DNA from: Camelus ferus
Taxonomy: Eukaryota
Reading direction: 5' to 3'
Assembly: GCF_009834535.1 (NCBI RefSeq)
Contig: NC_045696.1
Span: 89,406,001-89,470,000, forward strand
DNA length: 64,000 nt
Shown here: positions 50,101-63,171 of the stretch, piece by piece
How positions within the stretch are numbered: the stretch's first letter is position 1
Layout: each line of letters opens with the position of its first letter
Notes under the pieces: model-generated
Database searches by the model: none
What the model was told of the DNA's origin: nothing
The model's input: only the letters and a program-made list of their open reading frames with translations
Position numbers and translations under genes: made by a program

Positions 50101-50584
50101 AGATAAGGACCACTGAGGAGGAGGTGGGCTCTGGCAGTGGACCATTCATGACCTCTGATATGAACAAAAAGGCGCCAGCATCAAAACTTGCAGAATAGGG
50201 GACAGTGGCTTGGAAGGTGCTGCACAGCACCTCCTCATGGCACCAAGGGTGACACTGCGGGGAAAGCAAAGATGGACAACTCTGAGGGGAAGTGGTTAAA
50301 TGGAGAGCTGGACTGTGAACATGAAGAGGGTTTAGGACGACTTTAACCAACATATTTCACTTTCTCTTCTTTCTTTTTTATGCCCAAAAGACACATTGGG
50401 ATAAAAATGTATATCCAAATAAGCCTAAAATTACTAAATAAATAACTAAATTTATTTCAATAACTTAGTTAATTTCAATAACTAAAATAAAAATTTTGAG
50501 TGTTAAGGAGGCATGTATCACCATTTAATTGGCAGTGGTTTTCCAAAGTAACTTTCCATGGGTTTTTTTCCCCATGTTATTTAC

Positions 50585-50772
50585 TTATTTTTTTCAATTG
50601 AAGTATGGTTGATTTGCAATGTTGTGTTAATTTCTGTATACAGCATAGTGATTCAGTTACACATATATATTCTTTTCCATGTTTTTTCATTATAGGTTAT
50701 TACAAGCCACTGAATATAGTTCCCTGTGCTATACAGTAGGACCTTGTTGTTTGTCTATTTTGTATATAGTAG
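50585..50772 (-). mobile_element. L1 3' UTR fragment
   Basis: ttgaagtatggttgatttgcaatg...ccctgtgctatacagtaggaccttgttg. Confidence 0.8.
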
Positions 50773-53700
50773 TTAATGCATGTGATAATCTGAATGAGAA
50801 TAATCTGAGGGGCACAGAAAATTTTACAACATTGAACAAAAGGGTTGGGATAAACTCCAGATGACACAGCTCACCTACAGTCAGTGAGGCTGTTCTCTAG
50901 TAGCAGTGAGAGCTTTTTTCACCTCTCAAAGGAGCTGGTCTTCATATGAGCTGTGTGTGTCCAGACACATATGTAGGACCACTGTCCAAAGGGAGTGCAA
51001 ATTGTGGTAATAAAGTCATGACAACTTGTCAAATAAGATGCACGGATGAAAACAATCATTCCTAGAAGTTCTTTTAATTAAACATTTGGCTGTCCATTGG
51101 AGTCATTTTTAAATATAAAATGCAGCCCTGTGGCCTTTTTCTTCCTGTCTCCCACCCTTTCACAATAGCTCTGACAATTGAATTCTCATTGGTGATAATA
51201 AAAAAATTCATAAGACAGAGTACAGCTGGTTATGCCTCGAGCAAGATGTCAAATTTCGCTTGCACAAAATTAATTGCACCTAATTAAACTGGGGTCATTG
51301 GCATTATTGTAAAGTGAGGCTATTTATTAGACAAAGAAAATTTAACAAATACCAATTTGCTTTGCTTTCAGGTTTGTAAAAGAGAAGAATGGCTTCCATA
51401 ATTAAATTTGTTTTGCCATTTTAATCTTATTACTCCTCAAGTTTTGCTTCAATTTTAAAATTGTGTAATATTTTAGAATATTGGAGGTACTTCTTGGAGG
51501 AGGGCATAAAAAAATGACAGGTTTTCTGTAAATTAACTTTTCAAATAGTAAAAAAGAAGAATTTGTAAACTACCATTTCCAATGACACATACCTTGGAAT
51601 TACTCATATGAAAGGTTTTCTAAGCAAGTAATAGTACACATGTATGAGATTAATATGAAGTTTAAAAGGCATGTTGCATGTTATAAATAGGTTGCCGGAA
51701 TATGCACCTATTACTCCAAGAAAGCTAATTTCATTGCGATGAAACAGGACAGCCTCTTCTCACCCATGCTGGGTATATATGACCACCACTCCGCTTACTT
51801 CTTCCAGGAAATTATGCAAAAGTTATTACTGTTAGAGACAAAAAGATGATTCACTTTCCTGGCAAAATGATGCTGGTTTGACCTGTGATTCTGTGGCAGA
51901 TTATATATTCAGATTCTCAGCTCCTCACATTCAAAACTCCTATGAATTCAATTTCCTTAAAGGCTCTCTAGATCACTGTTACCAGTCCTGGTGATACCAC
52001 TCTCTGGGCTCTGGTACCTTCCCCCAACCCTGCCCCCGGGACCCAGCCCAAACACAAAAGAAGGTGGGGGTAACTATTATTGGTCTTGTCTCAGCCGTTC
52101 ACCAATGAACCTATAAGAACAAGAAAGAAATGAGTTTTGACTTGGGGATGTTGGAATGACTGAGATAAGCAAACAGTGATCATTATTCAAACCAGCGGCT
52201 CAGAAGTTCTCTGGGGAATATGTTTTCCACAATCTTCACAACATATGGAGAGAAGGGTATAGCCTTTTCTAGGTTACACCATCCCGTTGCATATTTTATG
52301 AATAGACTGTATTCGATTGTATTTCTTTTTATATGCGTGTAAATAAAATCTATCTTGGGCAAGGGAATAAGAGAAGTGAGGGTCAGGTTTATTTTGTGGT
52401 TACTCCGAGAAAAGAAGAATGGAGAAGGCAGGAAAAGTTTTCTCCACAATGTCAAATCAGGTTGTAATGTTTGAAAAATAAAAGATTTCCTGGATGTCTA
52501 TTACTAATGACAGCTCTGTCCTGTGTTCTAGCAGCCAAGCCAGTTTCCATTCCTTTAGTAACACTAAGCTTTCTAAACTCAGCATCCTATAGAATGCTGA
52601 TGCCAGATTAATTGGGTCAATGGAAAACTATTTCATGGAAAAGTATTATACTAGTAGTAAGAGAAAAGGCATATTTATTTTCCCCAAGAACGTGAGTAAA
52701 TCGAATATTTCTTAGAAACCTTATTTCAAAAATAGGTCATTCATTTTTCTCATTTCCTTTTAAGCTTTTAGCTGAAACATTTTCAAATAGAAAACACTGA
52801 CAAAGGTCATACAAGCTCATTTTGAAAAGGCTGATTATGTGCGGATTACCAAATTCAGAAGAAAAATACAGTGCTTCCTAAATTTGCCACATTTCAGTAT
52901 AAGTCAAATTTAATTAGTTGAGTTATGAAGCAACATCAAAACTTCTTTTGCTGCAGTGTTGGGCATGAAGTGCCTTTATGGGATTATTGTAAGCCCAGCT
53001 TACATTTAACAGCTTGTCACTCTTTTAAAAAGTGCTTTAGGAGACAGCACCAAGGAGAAAAATTCAGTGGGGCTGAAACCCAAAGGCCAACTGAGAAGGA
53101 CTTAACACTCCAAGAGCAGCTTAAACCCATCTTCCCAGAAGACCCTCACGCTACTTTACAATTTCTCACATAATGTGCATGAAGTTAAATTTTACAGGTA
53201 AATGCACATCCTTTAAAATGCACAAATAGAACTCCGTTATTCTGCCGAGGAGCCCACTTAACTGGGGAGGCCCTGCCTTAAAAGTCAGCTTAGCACTTCA
53301 GAATCCATTGCTTGGCCAATTCATTTTAAGTCCTCAGCCTTGTTTAAAATTGAGTACTGAGCTCTTGTAAATAGTAAATTCATCTAATATTTACCTTATT
53401 TTGATTATCTAACTGATTCAACACGTGCTTCGGCATATTTTGGAGTGCCACATCAGTGACCTCAGATTTCTAATATCCCTCAAGTACTTGAGCGAGAAAG
53501 AGGTAAGGTATTTCGAGCTCAGTGAAGAATTTCAGATACATTAAGAAAACATTAATTCTAATAGGGATGAAGAACACAGGCTACACAATTGCAACTGAAC
53601 ATTTCCTAAGGCTTTTCTCCTGCACGATGACTGGGGAGGGAGAATGACAGTCTTTGCAGACTTCAGATTTACAGGGATAGAGTGATATTTGTTAGAAACA

Positions 53701-54099
53701 TTGTCTCATTATTAACCTCATCCTAAAGGGGATCCAGAAAGTAATCGTGTTCTCCGAGAGGATGATCTCATCCCAGAGTGTGGAGATGAAAACATCTGAA
53801 AGAACAGGATATAAATAATCTCCCTTATGGCGAGTCAACAAGTGTAGCTTGTTATGAGCTACTGTGAAGTACATATGCGCTCAGAGAGCAGTGCCTCCAA
53901 AGAGGGGGGATGACTCAGTGATTCTCAAATTCTTCCCCACCAGAAGAGTTTCAGGTGGGCTCTGAGGGCCAATGGGGGAGGGATGGTGAGGGGCACTGGA
54001 GGTGGAGTAGAGCGGCACTAAAGGGAAAGGTGGGGGGGAGGCATTCTCCAGGCAGGGACACCCCAGTCTTCTCCTTCAGAGTCAGAGGTCTGCTTTGTT

Positions 54100-57000
54100 T
54101 TACATACATGATTTCTGCCAGGATTTTATTCGCAAAGGTATTTCTGCTATTAAAAATAATGAAAACCTCCATGAGACTCCTACTTACACATGGCCTATCA
54201 GATACAGGTATTGATCTACTCTCTCTTTTGAAATCCTACTAAAATAATATTAAAGAAAGAAAGAAGGTATAAACCTACATGGACAAAGAATATGTTAAAG
54301 GAGACAATGGCACAGAGAAGAGTTTGAAAAACAACTGGAAGACACAATGCAGATGGATGAGAAGTATTTTGTAAATTGCAAATAAAACATTGTAAATAAA
54401 ATCCAATACTGTCTGAAAAAGATTAATACCCCTAACCAGTTCTGGTTTATAATAGGTATGCAAGGGTTGTTTAATATTTTGAAAATCTATAAATGTAACT
54501 CATTAATAGATTAATAGGGTAAATCATATAATCATTTCAATAGATGCAGCAAAAGCATGTGATAATTTTAAATACCTATTCATGATAAAAATTCTCTGTA
54601 AATTATGAATATAAGGGAACAATGTTAATCTTATAAACAGTAACAGTAAAGAAAACAAAATTAACATCATAAATGGAGAAACATTACAAGCATTTCATTT
54701 ACTATGAGAAATGAGCTAGGGATTCCAGATACTGCCATTTATTTAATTAATTAATTAATTAATTAATTAATTTAAATATAGTTGCTTTACAATGTTGTGT
54801 TAGTTTCAGGTGCACAGCATAGTGATTTAGTTATACATATACATATAGGTATATATTCTTCTTCAGATTCTTTTCCATTATAGGTTATTACAAGATATTG
54901 AATATAGTTCCCTGTGCTATACAGTAGATCCTTGTTACTACTACCATTTTTAATCCTCAGTATTCCAGGGTACTTATTGGTGCAATAAAATAAAGAAAGA
55001 AATCAGAAGTATGAGGATTAGAAAGGAATAAAAAAAAAAGCTGCCATTTTTTTGGTAGATGATATTGTTTTAAAATCCCAAAGAAGGTACAGACAACTTT
55101 CTTAGAGATAATAGAAGAGTAGAGAAATAATAGGTATAATAACAACAAAGTGGCTGGATACAAGCCCAGTACACACAGTAAGTTGCAGTGAGACAGTAAG
55201 AAAGGATTATCAAAGAGAATTTAAGATAATACCAGAAGAGCAAATATCTAGAAATAAACAAAACAAAAGATATACACTATCTCTAAATGGAAAATTGTAC
55301 AATAGACTCATAGACATAGAATACAAACTTGTGGTTGCCAAGGGGGCGGAGGGTGGGAAGGGATAGATGGGATTTCAAAATTGTAGAATAGATAAACAGG
55401 ATTATACTGTATAGCACAGGGAAATATACACAGGATCTTATGGTAGCTCACAGAGAAAAAAATGTGACAATGAATATATATATGTTTATGTATAACTGAA
55501 AAATTGTGCTCTACACTGGAATTTGACACATTGTAAAATGATTATAAATCAATAAAAAATGTTAAAAAATGGAAAATTGTAAAATGTTATTAAGAAATAT
55601 TCAGTAAGATAAAGGAGAGACAGGGCATGTTCATGGATAGAAGATTTAATATTGTGAAAATGTCATTCTCCCCTAAATTATCTACAGATGCAATGCAATT
55701 CTATAGTCAAAATCCCAAGAGTATTTTGCTGAACTTGATGTACATCAATGTACAGTATATACAGAAGTGGTCTGTCAGGTCACTGAGTAAAAGAGAACTG
55801 TTTAATAAACATGATGGAAAAAACAATCAAGTATATGGAAAAAGATGAAATGAGACTTCTCCATACCGCATCCAGAAACCAACTCCTGGTGATTACAGAC
55901 TTAAAAAACAAACAAACAAACAAACACTTTTAACTCAAAGTAGGAAATCTAGGTTAATGTCTTTGGAACCTTAGGGTAGGAGATTTTTTATATAAGACAC
56001 AGAAAGGATTGACTATAAAAGTTAGATAAAAATTAGTATATTAAAATGAAGAACTTCTGGTCATAAAAGACACATTGAGGAGTGAAAAGACAAGTTACAA
56101 CCTGGGAGAAGACGTTTGGCATGAATACAACATACTGAGGATTAGTATCATACTAAAGAATTTCAATAAGTCAATTAAAAAACCATAAAGAATCCAATAG
56201 AAATCTGGACATAAGACCCAAATAGACATTTCACAGAAGGAGAAACAGAGATGGTTAATAAACACAATGAAATACCATTTGATATCTATTCAATTAGTAA
56301 AATGTAAAAGAAACTGGCAATAACATTAAGTGTTAGAAAGTCTACAGATCCACAGGATGTCTGAAACTTTGCTGGTAGGGGTGTAACTTGCACAACTATT
56401 TTGTAGAACAGTTTGGCATTATCTTCTAAATATGAAGATTCATGTATTTTCCTAGTAATTCCACTCCTCGGTGGAGTAAGATACACTTGCACATGGACAG
56501 CAGAAGACATATACAAGAACGTGGATAAGCAGTATTGTTTATAAGATCAAAACCTTTGAAGCAACCCAATGCTTATCATCAGATGAGTGGTTAAATAAAC
56601 TGTGACACATTCACACAGTGGATATAAAATAGCAGTCAAAATCATGGACTGAAAAAGGGGAAAATGGGGCCATTTAAATTTCAGAACAAACACCACAATT
56701 TTTCAGGTAATCATAGTTTACTGCATGGTTCAGCGTGAATAATCTATGATCTTAGTAATGTAAGACTGAAGAGTTATTTGACCCCAAATTATGAAATAAT
56801 TATACAGGGAGGAGGGGGGAGGTATTTAGATACATCTGTGGGAGAGCTGCAAAAGAGAGTTAAATCCAAGTTTTCTTCACTTGGTAGTCAATAGATGGTT
56901 TACAAGTAAAAGCTAAGAAGATAAGCATTTTACTCAGAGATATAAATGCCAGCAGAAACAGCTAAGGAGTTAAAGGCTGTTATTTCTGGAGAGAGAGATG

Positions 57001-57100
57001 AGGATGGCAAGGGATGGGACCAGAGACTGTTACTTTTATTTTGTGCTGCTATTATATATTCTGTAGTTAAGATTAATTCTACTTTACTTTCAAAGCCATA
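54100..57100 (+). mobile_element. Ancient L1M ORF2/3' relic hosting two younger L1 3'-end inserts
   Basis: Degenerate ORF2 blocks (atcatttcaatagatgcag, catgttcatggatagaagatttaatattgt, atagacatttcacagaagg). Inserts at 54741-54938 (-) and 55300-55566 (+). Confidence 0.75.
55300..55566 (+). mobile_element. Young camelid L1 3' UTR insertion
   Basis: Same subfamily 3' UTR as 21000-21290. Perfect 15-bp TSD aaatggaaaattgta (55285-55299, 55567-55581). Confidence 0.92.
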
Positions 57101-57145
57101 TAATTTACACACACATATAATATACACACACATATAAGCCATATA

Positions 57146-57178
<33 letters not shown>

Positions 57179-58792
57179 AAACACAGACCTCCCATTTGGA
57201 CCAGATGGATGTGACACTGATGAGCAGAGAAATGGAGTTTCTAGAAGAGGACTTTGTGGTGCTTTGGGGAACAGGAGAGAGCAGTGGCAGAGATCTTTAA
57301 GACTGTACGGTCCAATCTTCTCATTTTACAAAAATGAGGAAACTGAGGAATGGTAAAACTAAGTGAATTATTCAAGTCTCAAAATTAGAAGCTGATTAGG
57401 ACTGACTCAGGTCTCCAGGAGCTCTTCCTGTCACATCCGCCTGGGAGGGGAAGGAGGTTCTTCTACGGCACAGGGAAAGGCTGACCTTCCAGCTCTGGAA
57501 GGTGTCCACATGACAAAGAGTGAGGGAATCCTGAGACGGGCTGGCACCCACACCCAGCTGAGGAAGACATGCCTCAATACTGCATGGCCAAACCACAGCT
57601 TGTGCCCAAGGCACCAACCCACCCACAGTGCCTCCTAAACACGCGCGTATGTGAGCGTGTGTGTGCTTTCCGATTTTTGCTGATTTAGATAAGTCTGTAA
57701 GGATCAGAGAGAAGTATGAGGCTTACTGGTAGCCAGATAAAATACTAAAGTGTCTAATTCCTGGCCTCAAACGAAGGTAAGAGTGGAAATTTATTGGCCA
57801 AATTAATGCATGAATAAATGCTTATCATTTGTCTCCCATGCTTCGCTTAATGTGGCAAATATACCAAGTATTTACACAGGGGATATTTGTTCTTAGAGAA
57901 CCCAAGGCAAGACACAGACATTTGGGGAGGGATCAAGAGAATGATGACAGATCTTCATTAAAGCAGTGTTCTATGTGCTTGATCATTTGGAATACCTGTA
58001 TTTATGATAGCTAATTTTGTAGACTGTCTATACCCTCCCTAATCAAAGTGTGACCTATGGACTGGTGGCATGGACATCAGCTGGGAGCTTGTTAGAAATA
58101 CAGAATCTTAAGCCCCACCCAGACCTATTGAATCAGAATCAGCATTTTAACAAAATCCCCGGGTGGTTCATGTGCACATTAAAATTTGCGAAGCTATGGT
58201 CTACAGCCCTATTTTCTAGGTAAAATTATAATTTTAATATATTTTAATTGGAATTAGAAGCTACACAAAATGACCAATGATATCCTGGAATCAATTAAGA
58301 TCAAGAAAAACCACCTGGAGAACAGATTAAGCTCTGTAATAAACATTCAGTGATCAAAGTGGGGATTGTATTTCTCAGCTACCAGTCTTCACTGCAATCA
58401 GATGTATCAGAGGGGTGAGGCTGGATGCCCTGGGACTGCTTAATGGGAAATCTGGTGGTCTGCCACACTCCTCTAGCATCAGGGCTTGCTTAAGAGTGTA
58501 GCCTGATTCCCTCAGCACAGCGCAAAATCAGAACTGTGTCTAGGGAAAAAGTGAAATATAGAAATCTGACCTCAAATAGCTGGGCAAATGGGCCCCAAAT
58601 CCCCCAAACTGAAAACCAAAAACAAAACCCAACAAACAGTTGGGGAGGGATCTGTCTAGTATCCAAGTCAAGGCGGCAGTATTATGGGGGGAAAATACTC
58701 AAGGATTTAAAGGATATTTCTTATTAAACTTACAGTCAGATGACAAAATCCATTAGGTACATATCAGAAAATCAGCTCAAAAGAACACTCAC

Positions 58793-58911
58793 CGGGAAGA
58801 AAGGCTTGGCTTCCCACTTTTGCTACAGCTGGTATAAATTCCTGGGCCATCATCAAAGAAGCTGCCAAGTGCCAACTTCTGTCGGATAGATTCTCTCTCA
58901 TTCTTCTGTGC
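58793..58911 (-). CDS. SCHIP1: SCHIP1 internal coding exon (119 nt), [39 protein letters not shown](R)
   Basis: Manual reverse-strand translation matches the SCHIP1 sequence as I recall it. Acceptor ttttag|GCA and donor CG|gtgagt. Ends in phase 2, compatible with the next exon. Not in the supplied ORF track. Confidence 0.96.
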
Positions 58912-59181
58912 CTAAAATTTCAGGAAAATAAAACATGCCGATAAGCAGGCAGATACAGCACAATCATAGGCAATTTAACTGCTAAGTTTCTTAGAACTGT
59001 AATATTAGACAACAAAAAAATAAACAGGTCACAGCACAAAAGCATCTGAATTATTATGAGCTGAAATTAAACCAGTCTTTCCTGATTCCACCTCTGTGAG
59101 CAATTTCAATTCTCCAGAGCCCTTCACTAGTCTCAGAAATTACCATCATGGTACTAACTGACCTTCACCAGGTGAGAACCA

Positions 59182-59397
59182 CAACTGACCCTTGAACAAC
59201 ACAGGCTTGAACCGCTCAGGTCCATTTAGAGCAGATTTTTTTCAATAATAAATATTACAGTGCTACACGATCCCTGATTGGTTGAATCTGCGGATGGGGA
59301 ACCACATATACGAGGTCCAACTATAAGTTATAGGCAGATTTTCGAATGCGTGGAGGATCGGCACCCCTAACCTGGGGGGCTGTCAAAGGGTCACCTG
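59182..59397. mobile_element. Tigger2/MER8-like mariner MITE
   Basis: Terminal inverted repeats caactgacccttgaaca ... tgtcaaagggtcacctg followed by TA. Internal ttgaatctgcggat and gcacccctaacc motifs. Confidence 0.8.
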
Positions 59398-60643
59398 TAG
59401 ATTATTATGTGTTATAATCTTCTTCTTACGTGCTAGATGTGACAGAGTAGTCGTGGAGGGCAAGCACTTTGTCCTAAATCAAATCACCTTTATCCCAAAT
59501 GTGGCCTTTCTCTGGATCTTGTCTTCTCTCTCTTACATTGTCCCTTCAGTCCACTTTCTCTGTGGCAAGAACATCAATTCACTCAACCAACATGTACCAA
59601 GCCTTTGGGAGAGGCAGGAGCTGCGCTGTGATGCCGGAACACAGCCCAGGATGGATAGACACGGCCCCTACTCCACCCAGCTTACAGTCGTGATGTTTCT
59701 GTTCAAGAGTTATCCTGATCTCACCGGGTTTGGATTCTGAGAAACCCTAACATAGTGCCTGGAATAGCTGGAGGATTCTAATTGGACCCATCTGTTTCAT
59801 ATTTTGAAGGGAAGTCAGGTCGGTGTGCATAGGAAAAGGATTTGGTAAACTATACTACTGGGATAGTGTGGATATGTTTACAACACTTGGCTTCCCATAA
59901 AAGTCCCATAAAAACTCACCATGCTGAACTTTTAAACCCTTTAAACAACAGGAGAGAAGATTAAACATGATTTCCTTAGTTAAAAATAAAACGATAAAAA
60001 ACAAATACAATGAGTTAGAAATCCTGGGGTGAGAATGAGAGTTTGGTTTTCAGTTTTGTGGGATGAGGAAGTCTGTGAGAAGCACCATTTGATGTTCTGA
60101 GCAGGGGGCTGAAGACTATGCAGAGCAAATTATATCACAAAACCCAGCTCACGTGAATGAGTGTGGCTAAGGAGCACACGATGGCCCTGGACTCCCCCAG
60201 TAGGAGGTTCTGGAGCCACATTTGCTGCTACCAGCACCTAGAAGTTACAGTAAAAGCTCTGAGCCTTCATCCGAGCATCACTGTGTCAGAGTAATGAAAT
60301 GCACAACCTAGTGGAAGGGCGGGCTGACAGATGGCTTCATCTCATCCCAGGTGAAGGGCGGTGGACTGTAGGTTAAGGCTGCTCTAACAGGGTAGTTACT
60401 AGCTACAAGTAGCTATGCACATTCAAATTAAAAATTAACTAATTAAAATGATAAGTTCAGTCCCTCAGTCATACTAGCTGTGATTCAAAAGCTCCAGAGC
60501 CACAGCTGGCTGGTGGGTATCATACTGGATAGGGCGGAATAAAATATATGACAGGATAGCACCGCTAAGACAATGGTTCCCAAATGTCAGCGTCAATAGT
60601 CAGCATCAGAATTTCCGGCAGAGACTTTAAAATGCACATTCCC

Positions 60644-60679
60644 ACCGCTTCTCAGCCTTTTGGCTAAGACCAAGTGTAG
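60644..60679 (+). pseudogene. 3'-truncated U2 snRNA retro-pseudogene (first 36 nt)
   Basis: accgcttctcagccttttggctaagaccaagtgtag versus U2 ATCGCTTCTCGGCCTTTTGGCTAAGATCAAGTGTAG: 33/36 identical, starting exactly at U2 nt 1. Confidence 0.9.
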
Positions 60680-60927
60680 ATACACACCCTGGGCACTAGT
60701 GCCAGATACTGTTTCAACAAGTTTGAGAACTTCTAGTTCAAGGAAAGCTCATCTCTATTCTCGTTTTCTCTAACATTTAAAAATTCTTGAAAAAAATAAA
60801 AATAAAGACTCTTAGATACCACAAGCATTCTTTCAACTTTCATACTTAGCAATTATAGCTACCCATCTATATAGATATGCCCCCATTCTGGCATACGCCA
60901 ATGGAACTGTGTCATACTAGGAGCGTG

Positions 60928-60928
<1 letters not shown>

Positions 60929-60970
<42 letters not shown>
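60929..60970 (+). repeat. (TG)n microsatellite; others at ~63132-63170 (TG)n, ~57147-57175 (CA)n, ~9654-9691 (TA)n(CA)n, ~9340-9380 (TTTGC)n-like
   Basis: Direct read. Confidence 0.9.
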
Positions 60971-60974
<4 letters not shown>

Positions 60975-63129
60975 AGCCACAAGGTGAAATGCTGTTTTTA
61001 TACAGATATAGACGTGATGTTGATTTCTTGTCGTTGCTGGGCTAGTGCGGCAATGAGCCCTGAGAAAGTAACCATGAGGTTGTAAAGGGAAGTGAGAACT
61101 GCTTTTAATTTCACTTATCACTTGCAACCATACTGCTGGGAACCTTAATTAAAGCAACCCGCCCTTCAAATATGCAGGGCTGGTACTGGGGATGGTCCTG
61201 CCAAAACAGACCTACCACACTTGACATCTTTATTTTAAACAAATCCATTTCAAAATCCCCAAATCTGCGGGGCAGATTTAATGTCATCAGTGAACCTGTT
61301 TCTCAATCCATGTGACAGACAAAAACAGATTCTCACTCAATGTCCCCTACAGTCAGAACACTGTTGAGTGGCATGAAATCTCCAAATATAAAATCAGTGG
61401 ATAACAACATGAGTGTTAATGACTAATGTTGTCCAACATTAGCCTGGGGTCTAGAAGAGGTTTTATTTAAAGACGACGCCTATCTCAGGTGTGGAGGTGT
61501 GAACGCAGCCTTGATTCTGCATCTGTCTGTCCTGGTTTACTTGGTACGCTAAAGCCACAGATAGTGGAGAAAGCCTTAAAAATATTTCTATTTGCACCAA
61601 TTACAATTTTTTTATACTGGAACACTTCATGAACAGTTTAAAGAGAACTGTTTTATAATACACAATCTTTCCCCTTCTCTTCTTGTCTGGATCCCACGGA
61701 ACAAATAAGAAAAGCTTAAAGAATATACAAGTCACCATGATCCCACCACTTAGACACAGATCATCGCTAACATTTTGGTATATTTCCTTCTAGTTTTTTT
61801 TTTTAATCTTATGTGTGTATTTTCCCCTTTTTTCTTTAATAAAATTAAGATCATACCATTTATTATATTTTGAGAATTTCCCTCATTCATACAAAATTCT
61901 TCACAAATACAATTTTCAATGGTGCACATCATTCTCTCCTACGGAATTATGCTCTATTGTTAGCTATTTGGGTTGTATCCAAATAAAAATTACATAGAAG
62001 TTAGTATTTTTACATAAATTCCTGCCCACATGTCTGATTATCTCCTCAGGATAAGTTCCTGGAAGTGGAATTACCAGATCAGCTGAGTGTGAACGTTTGT
62101 TGAGGCTCTTGACGCATTCTGTCACATTGCTGGAGAGAAAATCTGTTCCAATTTACATGCCCACCAGCAACATAAAAGGGTGCAGCTCCCACTATATCCT
62201 GGCTCACAGTGAGTATTTCCAGGTTAAAAAAAGAGTGCTATTGGTTTTAATATGATCAGCCCAAAGTGCTATTCTTTTTATTTTAATTTCTTTGCGTACC
62301 AGTGAGATTAAATATTTCATTTTTTTCAGTTTATGTACTTGCTTTTCTCTAAGCTTTGCTTATTATTCTGTAAAGGTGTGATAGTTTTGAAAATTTTATA
62401 TTAAGCATCTGATTAGTTCTTTTGAATTTTAAATCTAAGTGTTATTATATAGTTAAGTCAGTGCTTCCTCTGAAGTGTCTGCTGGCTCTGTGCTTGGAAA
62501 GCCCTTCCCAGTCCAGAGGTAAAGCATCTCACTTGATGTGGGTGGGACCAAATGAGGACACTTATGTCAATGGCTTAGTAGCAGTACCCGGGCCACGGTG
62601 ATGTAAATCTGCGATAGATGGTAATTGTCACGATTAATCCCCCCACATTCCTGCTCTGGAGATGAAGGCGAAGGAGGGTGAAGGAAGGTCACCCCACTGT
62701 TAGAGGAGCTAGGAGTCAAGTCCATCTTTTTGGTGCTAGATCTTCCTGCCCCTCTTCCACACGACTCCTCCACATCGCTGAGTAAGGTGTCCGGGCTGGT
62801 AATAGCAGACATCACATTGGAGGTAAGATATGGGACTTAGTGACGGATCTATTTCTTTCCTGAGATGGATGTGATGCTTTCTCAGAAAAGGAGAAACACT
62901 TAACTGCACAACATACACACCACAGGCCTAATTATAACCACAAATATTTACAGCACAAACACCTTCTCTTCAGAGCCACGCTACTTGACCCCAGTGCTCA
63001 ATCTTCCTTTTGAAACAAATGTGATTCCTAACACTTCAAGTAACTGTGATTCAACTGACTAGTAAAACAGTTTACGTCTTAAAATTCAACAACTGGAACC
63101 TGATTTCCTTCCAGTTGCCCACACGTATA

Positions 63130-63171
<42 letters not shown>

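Noticed and set aside
62567..62918. Sense-strand intronic ORFs (82 and 60 aa) upstream of the 58911 exon
   Set aside because: No resemblance to SCHIP1 or IQCJ N-termini that I recall, and no convincing splice donor.
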